NCBI RefSeq assembly: GCF_036321535.1
Contig: NC_087437.1
Span: forward strand, 89,344,001-89,408,000
Source of the DNA: Camelus dromedarius
Taxonomy: Eukaryota
DNA: 64,000 nucleotides
Direction: 5' to 3'
Translations under genes and position numbers: made by a program
The notes under the pieces: generated by a model
What the model saw: the letters and a program-made list of their open reading frames with translations, nothing else
Database searches by the model: none
What the model was told of the DNA's origin: nothing
Part shown: positions 1 to 12,000 of the stretch, piece after piece
How positions within the stretch are numbered: position 1 is the first letter of the stretch
Layout of the letters: each line of letters opens with the position of its first letter

Positions 1-3000
1 AATTGGAAAACATTATATTGAATTCTATTTTGAGAGAAAAAACAATTGAAAGAATAATATAAATGTATTTCCCTTTTTGCTAAAGCTAGATAAAATTAAC
101 AAGACTGCTCTAAGAACTATGCTTTATCTAAAGTTTGTATGTGGAGCATAGGAGAGCAAATATAGGTGTGGAAATAAGATAATAGTTTGTGACAAACTGA
201 AGCAGAGAGAAATAGATTAGACAGTCCTGAGTTTGAAAAACAGATACCATCAGTGGTACTTTTCCTAAAAATTAACCTCCTACCAAATGTTGCAATATAA
301 TATCAAATCTGATTTGCTATATGTTAAAACCTTTTTAAGATATACTATTGGACAGTCTAGCATAGCCAATAGGTCCCCACTGCTTTTGACAGCAGAAACT
401 TTTTAGAACTAGTGTCAACTCTTTCTTTATGGTATGTCAGAGGCTGATTAGCTATCAGCTACAGACACCTCCTTAATAAGTGCTTGGTAGTGGGGTCGGG
501 CAGGCAGGTGTGTCACAAGGACAGAGGGTAGTACTGGTGATGCCTTTTACGTCAAACTTAGGGTTATCTAGCCACTGTAAGTAAAAATTAAAAATTATCC
601 ATAATCAAAGCCAGTCTGCAGTTTTACTGGAAACTACTGGAAATGAGAGTTGTAATATAAACCTGTTAAAATATCACTAGTCTGATAGTTTTTTGTTGCA
701 CTCTGGTTACGTTTCTATAGGAAGTTGGTAGTCAACATATTATTTTAAGAACTTGTTTTTTAAAAATAGCTTCACAGTAAACTGAAGAGTGAGCAGGGGT
801 GGGATCTCAGTGAGTTGTTAATGTAGTCAAACAGCAGATAATTTGAAACAGTGACAGAATTATCTTAGTTAAATTTTATAAACTTGCTTTATTTAGTAAT
901 GCATTTGCTCATTTTTAAATTTACAAATACCCATCTGAAATAAGAGCCCAAAAAATAATTTCTAGAAACATCTTGATCAACCTAATGACAGAGGCACATT
1001 ATAGAAGTTAATAACTTTCTTAAAAATCAAGTTAAACTACAGAGAACATGCTCTGGAGTTATTACAAACATTTACAATAAGCTTTGGAATTTTTAATAAA
1101 ACTAATATTTGTGAATAAAATTAATCATAAATATTCATCATAGTTTTATGTAGGAAAGAAGGTGACAGTTTTTTCAAAATTAAGCAACATTTCCTAACTT
1201 AAAAAGTTTTCAACAACAGACATTATTATAAAGAAAAAAAGTATATGGCTCTTTATAACATGCATACCTATGTGGATTTATGTACATACAGACACTTATA
1301 CCCATACTCCCCATATCTGAACTTTTACACAATGCGGAGTTAGTACTTATAATTATTTTGGCTATGCTGACTCAATGCCGTGGAAGCTGAATATTTCATA
1401 CTTATGAAAATGTCTCATGCAAACTGCACTGTTCTGTGTAATTAATGAGTGTGTAAAAGAAGGGATTGGAAAATGTAAAACATCTCCATAAAGAATGCAG
1501 GGGCAGGTGGTTTATTTGTCCATGAAATAAATCTTTAATTAGTGCTCTGGAATATGGTTTTGCAAAACAATATTTGCTCCATCTTTTCTACTACTAAAAG
1601 AAAACTCAAAATATCTGCCTTTATTCCTCTAAAGTAAATCATTTCCTTACATAATGATAAATGTACACATTAAGAAAATATCAGGTATATTACAGCCAAA
1701 AAATTCTGACACACATACGAAGTTCACCATGACAATGTTTTTGTTATTAAACATGTACTTTAGGCTGCTTTCCCTAAAATTTGAAAAACAGGAGGCCAAG
1801 ATAAAGGTAGAAAATGCAGCCCTACAGTATATGCCACATCACAATTGAGAACAAGACAGGGAGAGAGTGAGGAGAGGAGTTAGATGTGGAGACACAAGTT
1901 ATAGGTTAAGGAATTCAAAGTAGATGCAGTTTCTAGAGAATGAAGTGATTAGGCAATTTTGAAATGGACAGGTGAAGTCCAACTGAAGAAGAGTGTTTCA
2001 TAAGGTTAGAAAGACCTACCTATGTGTAATCTAGGAACAGAGCAGGCAAAATGCAAAAAGGCAGGTGAAGCAGCCGCCAGCATCAGCAGTTGTGGAAATT
2101 AGTGGCAGGGACGCATTTGTGACCCAGAAAAATGGTTTTCAAGATACGCCTCGAGTTTTGAGCTGGGTCTGCAGGTAGCCCCAGTTGCTGGGTGGTAGAA
2201 ATGTTAAGTCAGATAACCCAAGAAGTTAATTGATTTCTAGTGTTATTGAACTCAACCTCTCAGATTTGTAGTATTCAGCCATTGGTTTTGAATACAGGAC
2301 CTCCAACAGCTATGAGATCAGTCACAAGTAATTTGTTACTGATAGAAAAATTAAAAATACAGAAAATATTGATATAGTTCTGTACTTACTGATATAAAAA
2401 TGTCAGTTTTTCTTACTCTCATTCTAATATGCTTTGGGGAATGTGAGAGCTAAGACTGAAGTTGGTTAGAGCTACTGGAAATGCCCATGGCAAGTGGCAA
2501 ATGAGTGCACCATTTCTAGGATAAAAGATGAAGCAGAATAAAGGTCACAATACTATGTTTCAAAGAACAGAAAGAAGCCAAACAAGTTAAATCAACAACA
2601 ACCTGATGGTTGCAAACACTCAACAGTCAACAGATCTTTTTTATTTTTCACTTTTTCCACTTACACCCTTACTATAAACCAGGTGCTATATTTGTGTTAC
2701 TAAGTGAACAACGTATTCTCTGCTCCAAGGAGTTTGTTATACTGGACAGTTAGGAGTCCAAGGAGATGTGACCAAATTTGCTTTGCTTTTTGATGCATCC
2801 TCATGTTCTTACAGCATCCTAGGGGTATTACAGATTCAGGAGCCTTGATGTTTATTCATTGTGATATAAGGATGAAAAGCAAGTGGCTTGGATTCTGAAG
2901 ATTAAAAAAAAAGTACAGTTAGAATATTCAGCCAGTTCACTACTCTGAAGCTGTAACTAGGATGACAGAAGCATGGCCGTATGTCCCTGGCCATAGAACC

Positions 3001-4789
3001 TCAAAAACTTTGGTTTCCTCATCGTTAAAGGGAAGCAATTTTTTTTTTTACTTTATATTAATCCTAGGACAAGAGAGAAGCTGGCAAAATTCCTAGTTTT
3101 GCCTAGTACCAAGTACTTTATGATACAAATATATACTTTTATATAAATTCATGCATAAAAGATTAAAAGCATACAGTTCAAGAAGTGGCACCTATGTCCC
3201 ACATTATAAAGGCGTTGATTTTACCCCAGTAAGAACCCCATGCAAGAAGTTCATATAACAGGTCAGCTATTGGCTTGTTCAGAGACCTTAATTTCTTAGA
3301 TGTCTTCCTGTTGACTCTATTAACTAATGCAGGTTTATTTTATATTTCCCTATTCTTGATTCTCAATTTGCTGTCCATCTTCCTGTAAGATAAGGACTTC
3401 AAAATGGAGCTAGAAACATAAATGTAAGTGCCCTACACACAATAAAATTTTCCTTTCTACACACATCCATTGATTCTACTTAACTTTACTATTACCTTAA
3501 GGGTAATCTTTCTGAGTGTTGTCCCTATAATAGGGAATTAGATAAAACTATTGATGTGACATTCATTTGAGTAGATAGAAATAATAGCATTCTTTAAGTT
3601 AAACATGGCAGAAATTTCAAAAACAAAGTTTAACTATATAAAAAACACAGGCCTTTTAAAAATATTATTTGGAAGCCTTATTCTAGGCATTTACGGCTAA
3701 ATTTACAGTCTTTAAATTATATTACTTCTAGTAGGAAAGCCATAGCTTTGGAATAAAAAATTATTTTTATGTAATTTGAAAGAAAATGATTTGCTGTGTT
3801 TTAATAGTTTATTTCAAATAGCATCAAACCTTCAATCCTATTGAAGTTTATGAACTCAGGGGATGTTAATCAGGTGAGTCCCCTACAACTATGATTTTAT
3901 AAATAACTACCATATAATGGATAATTCAATAGCAGAAGTTAACTAGAGTGGGGAGATTTTGAATTTAAGTTTCTCTCCATATTTCTTATTATTTTTGAGT
4001 CTTAATTTTAGTTTAACAGAAATGCAAGGACAGATAAAAATACAATAAAGAATTTCTCTCAATAAAAAAGCATTTCCCCTAATCATAGAGTTTTAGAAGT
4101 CGAAAGAACAACCTACTTACTGTACTGTGGAATAAATGCTAGCTCAGAGAGGTAAAGTGACATGCTCCAGATTATATGCATTTTAATTGCTTTAGAAAGA
4201 TTAGACCCAGAGTTTTCCCTACTTTCAATTCTATAATCTTTTCAATATTTACAAGACAACCCTTAAACTGCAGAAACAATTTATATAGGATGATAATACA
4301 GACGCCTCACTATCTATAAAATTTTTAAAACCAGTGATTATGTAGGATTTGTTTATGTAAATGCGAACTTGTTGGCAACAAAAATTTATAATCTACTGGG
4401 GTTTTTAGCATTTGATGAAATTAAAGTTTTTGTTTTATTATTTATGATGAAGGATTATATTAAATTTTTACAATACTTTTACAGCTAAATCTCAAAGGAA
4501 TTTAGACTGTCAATTTAACCACACGAATGGTGAAATGTGTGTTATTTCCTCCTGTCTGTAATAACGTATTTCTCTCTCTCTCCATCCATCCACCCATCCA
4601 TTTTTCTAGCAATTTATAGCTTTTTAGTTTGAGAGAAATTGATTTGTATCCATCATTAATTCCTCACATACACAATTCACCTGGGATAGTATACATCTGC
4701 TAGACGTGACGGCTCAGTCTCCCACAGAAGAGTATTATAAGGGCTGTAAGATTCTTAAAAGCTTTTCGAACGTGCCTTTCTTCTCACAA

Positions 4790-4930
4790 GTTCAGAGTGC
4801 TTTATCGATATTAACTCATTAATCTTCACAGCATCCTTGCGAAGAAGACAACAGGTATTATCACTGCTCTACACATGGAACAACAAATAATAGAAAGGTC
4901 AACTGCCTTGTCTTGGGCTTATGGGGAAGC
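4790..4930 (-). mobile_element. MIR-family SINE core fragment
   Basis: attaactcattaatcttcacagcatccttgcgaag...ggtattatcactgctctacacatgg resembles the reverse complement of the MIR core. Boundaries are approximate. Confidence 0.55.
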
Positions 4931-5099
4931 AGCCATGAATCTAAGCACATGAATGCAGAAAGAGCATGTGCACGTACTCTGGGCTAAATCCATCTGCTCT
5001 GAATTTCCTCAGCTTCTTTAATACGAATTGTTGTGAGTTCTTATTAATATACATATTCATCTTTAATAAATACATTGAAATGAAAAGGGAGATTGGGAA

Positions 5100-5735
5100 A
5101 AATCTTATAGATTAAAAGACTTCCCAGATATAAAACCAAGTGGATTATATGATCTTTGGATCATGATTCAGACGAACTATAAAAATTTGCATTTCTGAAT
5201 CAGTGGAAAATCTGAACAGTGACCAGATATTTAACAATATTTAATGATTATTGGTGAATTTCTAGGTGTGGTAATGTTATTGTGGTCATTTTACAAGAAG
5301 AGTCTTGTTTATGAGATACATTCTGAAATATACAGTTGACCCTTGAATAACATAGGTTTGAATTGCTCGGGTCCATGCATACACAGATTTTTATCAATAG
5401 TAAATACTATCATACTACACCATCCAATACTGGACACCAAACAGAGCATAAAAAGGAAGAGCAGAAACGGAAGGCTAACTATAAGTTACAAGTGGATTTT
5501 CCACAGCGGAAGGGTGGGAGCCCCAACTCCTGAATTGTTCAAAGGTCAACTGTATATGGATGAACTTATAAATGTCTGGGATTTACTACAAAAATTTTAC
5601 AGGATAAGGGAAAATGTGGTGTATTAAACATTATCTTGTTTCATCATGAGTTGATAAATGAAGCATTTGAGTTTTTTATGCTAACCTTTATATTTTTTAT
5701 ATGTTTGAAATTTTCTATCATAAAAAGTTTTTTAA
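5100..5735 (+). mobile_element. Old L1 (L1ME/L1MC-type) 3'UTR fragment interrupted by a Tigger MITE
   Basis: gagatacattctgaaata[MITE]tatggatgaac...gtctgggattt and the terminal ttgaaattttctatcataaaaag are typical of ancient L1M 3' ends. Confidence 0.6.
5333..5552 (+). mobile_element. Tigger2-derived MITE (MER8-like; TcMar-Tigger)
   Basis: Terminal inverted repeats cagttgacccttgaataa / ttgttcaaaggtcaactg. TA target duplication at 5331-5332 and 5553-5554. Length 220 bp. Confidence 0.9.
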
Positions 5736-5759
5736 ACAGGTAAACATTTCTCCCTGATA

Positions 5760-5860
5760 AAATTCTGGTTTAGTATGTTTGTTGTGGGACATAAGAGTCT
5801 TTACTTTTCACAAGCCCCCTGGTAATTCTTATAATGAGGAAATTATTGGAAACCCCCTAG
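5760..5860. mobile_element. hAT-Charlie (MER5-like) fragment
   Basis: attctggtttagtatgtttg...tttcacaagccccctggtaattcttata...ggaaacccct resembles a MER5 half. Confidence 0.45.
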
Positions 5861-6925
5861 TGGCCCATTCTCAAATTTGAAAAAAAAAAATCTTACATAA
5901 AAAGCCAAATATTTTAGCATCTGTAATTTATTTGCATGTAATTTTTCTGTGCAGAACTTTGGGTAATGACCTTTTATTGGTGCAAAAATTTAAGCTTCCT
6001 TTCAGAAGCAAAAGACTCATTACTTATTTTTTTAAATACTAAAGTTATTTTAGTAAAAACCTATTCTTGAGTTGAGTGGGCTATACAGAGCTTGTCAGTA
6101 GATTTTACTAAAAATTAAAGGAACAAGGTTCATTTTTTACTGAAATTTTTCTACATCAGATCAAGATAGTTCTACTCTGACATAGAATAATGTCAGAGTA
6201 TTTCCTGTTAGACAAGAATTCAGGCTGTTACCCAGTCTTGAATAAAACTTTAATAACTGCTTAAGAAAAATGATTTGAAAGTATAGGTCTATCTTTGCCT
6301 TTTCAAAGAACCATATAACTATTTATGCAAATTTGACCTTAGTAATGAGAAGTAAAATGTTTCTTTGGAAAAGAACCAGTCACTCATGTTTGTAATATAG
6401 TAAAACTATCATATTGCTGATTGAATGCAATTTAACTTAGTTCTTCATGAACTCTTAGGCATTAAGCTGACATTAACAATTTGAATTATCATTTAACTGA
6501 TGATCACTTGATGGCAAAGTGAAGCCATAGGAGGAACAATTAAAGGAGGATTTTCTAAAGATGATGCAGTATTTTTTTCTATTCCAGGATTATTAGAGAA
6601 ACCTTTCAAACAAAGAAACCTTATTATTTTCACCAAATTTCCTCAGTAAATGTTGTGGCAACATTTTTATTTTAACTTTTTTTTTTACAATATGTTTTAA
6701 CTTGGACATAAGTTTGAAATTGGTATAAATACCATATTTGATTAGCAAATTTGACTATTAAAAGGTATTAAAATTATTTAATTAATAAGAGGCTAGTATA
6801 GTCCAGTGATCACCATCTACTTCTACTACTTAGTTCAATTTAACAAGAGCAGTTGTATTACTTAAGCTTATAAAACATCATACACAGGCTTTCTGGGCAC
6901 TGAAACTAACTACAATATTTGTGAT

Positions 6926-7070
6926 GGGGGGGTGGATAGGTATAGCTCAGTGACAGAGTGCATGCTTAATATACATGAAGTCCTGGGTTCAATCCCCAGT
7001 ACCTCCATTAAAAAATAATAATAATAAAAATAATAATAAATAAATAAACCTAATTACTACCCCCCCCAAA
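6926..7070 (+). mobile_element. tRNA-derived SINE (camelid Vic-1-like)
   Basis: Pol III A box tatagctcagtgacaga and B box ggttcaatccc, then an A-rich tract and aaacctaattac...ccccc tail. Same layout as the copy at 38135. Confidence 0.85.
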
Positions 7071-7776
7071 TTCTGAGCTTTGTTTAAATTAAAGAAAAAT
7101 TTTTTAAAATTTGTTAAAAAAAATCTGTGTATGTAAGTCAAGTGTTATATCAGTGTAGACATCCTTCACACAAAACTGTTTTTCTCTGTGAATGCATATT
7201 AATAGTTATTTTAATTATTGTGCATGTACAGCACAGCCTGGTTTTACTCATTTGCAGAGATGATCATTTCCGAGATTTCCTACCCATTGACCCAATTCTT
7301 GATCCCCTCTTTATGTTTTTGAATTAATGGGAACTTAGCATATTGGGTAGACAGGGAGACCTGAAAAGTGTTTCCTGTGTTTCTGAAGCCATCAGCATGA
7401 AAAACTATGGTAGTATAACACAAATATGCTTTCAAAAATTAAATTTGCCCTTTTAAGTAAGCCTTTAAAACTCATTTTTACTGACTGGTGATTATTTAAA
7501 GCTCTGCATGTCTACTGTGTATACTCTTTGACAGCAAAACTTTCTGAATTGGCATGAGTTCGCTTGCTGAAACCTACAAAGCTACATTTCTCATAATGTA
7601 TCTGAGGTGACTCAGAAGTGAGTTAATGAGGGGAGGGTAACAGAGCTGGAAGGTTCATAGATCTGGTGTGGAAGTAATATCCATAAGAAAAGTTCTGGTT
7701 AGTTAGAGCATGCCATTTTTTTTTTTCTTCCTATTTCTTCTTCTGAGATAGTAAAACAAATAGCTTTGTTTGCCTC

Positions 7777-8130
7777 TGTCTTAGCCTGCTCAGATGGCCA
7801 TACCAAAATACCATAGACCTGGGAACCTAAACAACAAATTATTTTCCCCACAGTTCAGGAGGCCAGAAGTCCACGATTAGAATGGTTGGGTTCTGGTGAC
7901 TGACCTCTTCCTAACTTGCCTACTGCTGCCTTCTCCCTATGGCCTCCTACGGCACAAAGAGAGACCTCTCCTCCTCTTTGTGTAAGGCTACTAGTCCTCA
8001 GTCTAGAAGACTGTCCTTATGACCTCATTTAACCTTAATTACCTCCTAAAAGCCCTGTCTTCAAATACAGCCACATTGGATGTTACTTCAACATATGAAT
8101 TTGAAGGGGGTCACGATTCACTTCATAGCA
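7777..8130 (-). mobile_element. Solo MaLR LTR (MLT1A-like)
   Basis: TG...CA ends and a 5-bp TSD gcctc (7772-7776) / gcttc (8131-8135). Motifs atgacctcatttaaccttaattacctcctaaaagccctgtct and ttcaacatatgaattt are typical of MLT1A. Confidence 0.85.
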
Positions 8131-8244
8131 GCTTCCCTCCCTTTCTATTAGTGTTACTTTTCAAGCCAATATCTGTCTTCCCTTGTGTTGCTATAGTGTT
8201 AACTTTGTGTACAGTTAACGGAATAAGATTTCCAAATGAGAAGT

Positions 8245-8420
8245 CCGATAGACCTGGCTGAATATCCCAGCTCCATTGTTTAATAGTTGTGGAACTTTAC
8301 ACAAGTTAAATTCTCTACGCTCAGTTTCTTCTTCTCTAAATTTGGAATAATAATATATAGATGCAGATTTAATTATTACAGGTAATGTGTTTAGTACAGT
8401 GCCTAGTGCTAAGTGCTTAA
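8245..8420 (+). mobile_element. MIR SINE
   Basis: agacctggctgaatatcccagctcc...ctcagtttcttcttctctaaa...agtacagtgcctag match the MIR 5' part, core and 3' part. Confidence 0.7.
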
Positions 8421-8428
8421 CTGCTTTT

Positions 8429-8977
8429 TAAAAAATTTTAGCAGTGTAATTGACATATAACATTATGTCAATTTCAGATGTACAGCATAATGATTGGATA
8501 TTTGTATATATTGCAAAATGATCACTATAATAAGCCCAGTTAACCTCTGTAACCAGTTTCAACATTTTTTCCTCATAACAACTTTTAAGATCTACTTTTA
8601 GCAACTTTCAACTATGCAATACAGTATTAACTATAATTACCATGCTATACATTATAACCCCATGACCTATTTATTTTACAACTGCAAGTTTGTACCTTTT
8701 GACCTCCATCATGCATTTTGCCCATTCATCACCCCTCTCCCCTGCATCAGACAATTAGTAATTTGTTCTCTGTATCTATGAGCTTGGTTTTTTATTTTCT
8801 GTTATTTTGTTTCATTCTGTTTTGTTTTGGATTCTTTATTTCAGTGAGATTATATGGTATTAGTCTTTCTCTAATTTATTTCATCTAGTATAATGTCATC
8901 AAGGTCTGTCTTGTCAAGTTCTGTTCTTTTGTCACAAATTGTAAGATTTTCTTCTTTACGGCTGAATAATATTCCTC

Positions 8978-9035
<58 letters not shown>

Positions 9036-12000
9036 CACGCGTGTGTGTTTACCACATTTTCTTTAACCATTAATCCATCAATGGACACTTACGTTGTTCC
9101 ATGTCTTGAATGTTGTAAATAATGCTGCGACAAACATGGGGGTTCATGTATTTTTTCAAGTTAATGTTTTTGTTTTCTTTGGATAAATATTCAGAAGTGA
9201 AACTGATGGATCATATGGTAGTTCTATTTTTAATTTTTTGGTAAACTGTCAAACTGTTTTCCATAGTGGTTGTGCCAATTTATATTCCCTTCCAATAGTG
9301 CACAAGGATTTACTTTTCTCCACATCCTCCCCAACATTTGGTTTTGTGTGTGTGTGTGTGTGTGTGTGTGTTTATTGTAGCTATTCTAATAGGTGTAAGG
9401 AGGTATCTCTTTGTGGTTTTGATTTTCATTTTCTTAATGGTTAATGATGTTGGGCACCTTTTAATGTACATGCTGCCCATCTGTATATCTTCTTTGAAAA
9501 AGGAGTATTTAGATTCTCTCCCTGTTTTTTAACTGGATTTTTTTGTATTTAGTTGTATACATTCCTTATATATTTTGCATATTAACCTCTTTTCAGATAT
9601 ATGACTTGCAAAAATTCTTTTTTCATTTAGTAGATTACCTTTTCATTTTTTGATGGTTCCCTTTGTTGTTCAGAATTTTTTATTTGTATGTAGGCCCACT
9701 TGTTAATTGTTACTTTTGTTGACTTTGCTCTTGATGTCAAAACCAAAAATTCATTATCAAGTCTAGTGTCAAGAATCTTGCCACCTATGTTTACTTCTAG
9801 GAATTTTATGGTTTCAGGTCTCATGTTAAAGTCTCCAGTTCATTTTGAGTTAGTTTTTGGGTATGGTGTAATATACTCATCCAGTTTCATTTATTTTGTG
9901 TGTGAATGCCCAACATCATTTACTCAAGAGACTGTACTTTCTACCATTGTATATTCTTGACTCCTTTCTCATAAATTAATTGACTGTATAAGTGTGGATT
10001 TATTTCTTATCTGTCCTGTTCCATTGACCTGTGTGTCTTTTTTTAATGCCAAAACCATACTGTTTTGATTACTAGAGCTTTGTAGTATAATTTGAAATCA
10101 AGGCACATGATGCCTCCAGCTTTGTATTTTGTTCCCAAGATTGCTTTGGCTATTTGAGGTCTTTTGTGGTTCTATACAAATTTTAGGATTGTTTTATTTC
10201 TGTGAAAAGCACTATTGGAATTGTAATGGGAATTGTACTGAATCTGTAGATTGCTTTGTGCAGTATGGACATTTTGACAATAGTAATTCTTCTAATCCAT
10301 AAGCACAGTATATCTTTCCATTTATTTGTGTCATCTTCATTGATAAATATCTTAGGATTTTCAGTGTAAAGATTGATCTTTAACTTCCTTGGTTAAAGTT
10401 ATTTCTAGGTATTTTCTGTGTTTGGTATCAGGGTAATGCTAGCCTTATAAAATGAGTTTGAAAGTGTTCCCTCCTTTTTTCTTTTCGTTTTTTCTTTTTC
10501 TTTTTTTTTATTATTATTTTTTTTTTTTTTGCAAGAGTTTCAGAAAAATTTGCTTTAATTTTTTTAATGTTTGGTAAAATTCACCAGGAAAGCCATCTGG
10601 TCCTGGGCTTTTGTCTGTTGTGAGGTTTCTGATTACTGATTCAGTCTTGTTACTAGGCCTTGCTCTGTTCAGACTTTCTATTTCTTCATTATTATTTTGG
10701 TAGGTTGTATGTTTCTAGAATTTTATCCATTTCTTCTAGGTTATTCAGTCTGTATAATTATTTATAATAGTTACCTTATGATTCTTTATATTTCTGTAGT
10801 ATCAACTGTAATGTTTCATCTTTCATATCTAATTTTATTTATGTGATGTTTTTCTCTTTTTTTCCTCTTGATCATTCTACAGTCATTTTAGTCTCTCAGT
10901 TTTTTCTGCTTTGAATTTTGCTATTTCTCTCCTTATATTAATTTTGGTCTTGTTCTTTTTCTAGTTGATTGAGGTATTTAAAAAGGGTTGCTTATTTGAG
11001 ATTTTTCTTGTTTCTTGACTTAGCCATTTATTGCTATGAAGTTACCTCTTAGATCTGCATTTGCTCCATCACATTAGTTTTGGGGGATTGTATTCCCATT
11101 TTCATTTGTTTCAAAGTATTTTTAAATTTCTGTTTTGATTTCATCTTTGACCTACTGGTTGTTCAGTAGCATGTTACTTAATTTCCACATACTTGTGAAT
11201 TTTCCAGTATTCTTATCATGATTACTATTTACTAATGTGATCTGAAAAGATGCATGATATAATGTCAGTCTTCTTGAATTTTGGACTGGCTTTGTGGCCT
11301 AACATATGGACTACCCTGGAGAATGTTCCAGGTGCACTTGGTTTTGGATGGAATATTCTGCATGTTTCTATTGAATCCATCTGGTCCAACATATCATTTA
11401 AGGCCAGTATTTTCTATTGATTTTCATCCTGGATGATCTGTCAATTGATGTAAGTGGGGTATTACAGTTTCTTTCTATTGTTGTATTGTGGTCTATTTCT
11501 CCCTTTGGTAATGCTAATATTTGCTTTATATATTTAGGCCTCCTATTTTGGGTACATAAATATTTATAAATATTATATCCTCTTGTTGGATTAACCCCTT
11601 TACCATTATGTAATGTCCTTTTTTGTCTTTTGTTACAGTCTGCTTTAAAGTCTGTTTTGTCTGATATACACTAGCTTCCTTTTGATTTCCATTTGCATGA
11701 AACATCTTTTTTCATCTCTTCACTTTCAGTGTGCGTGTCCTTAGTTCTGAAGTGAGTCATGTAGGCAGCATATATATGATTCTTATTTTTTATCCACTCA
11801 GCCAATCTGTCTTCGGATTGGAGCATTTAATCCATTTCCAGTTAGAGTAATTATTGATAGGTATGTACCAGTCACCATTTTGTTAATTGTTTCCTGGATT
11901 TTTTTTTTTTTTTGGTAGGTCCTCTGTTCCTTTCTTCTTCTCTTGCTCTCTTCCTTTGTGGTTTGATGGCTTCCTTTAGTGATATGCTTAAATTTATTTC

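Noticed and set aside
1364..1373. tgctgactca AP-1/MARE-like motif
   Set aside because: A single short motif is expected by chance in 64 kb and has no supporting context.
6926..7005. tRNA genes at 6926 and 38135
   Set aside because: The tRNA-like head is followed by a shared non-tRNA tail and A-rich tract, with a TSD on the second copy. These are SINEs, not tRNAs.
7259..7346. Possible exon after ttttactcatttgcag
   Set aside because: The frames I translated close quickly, the donor is weak and no peptide is recognisable.
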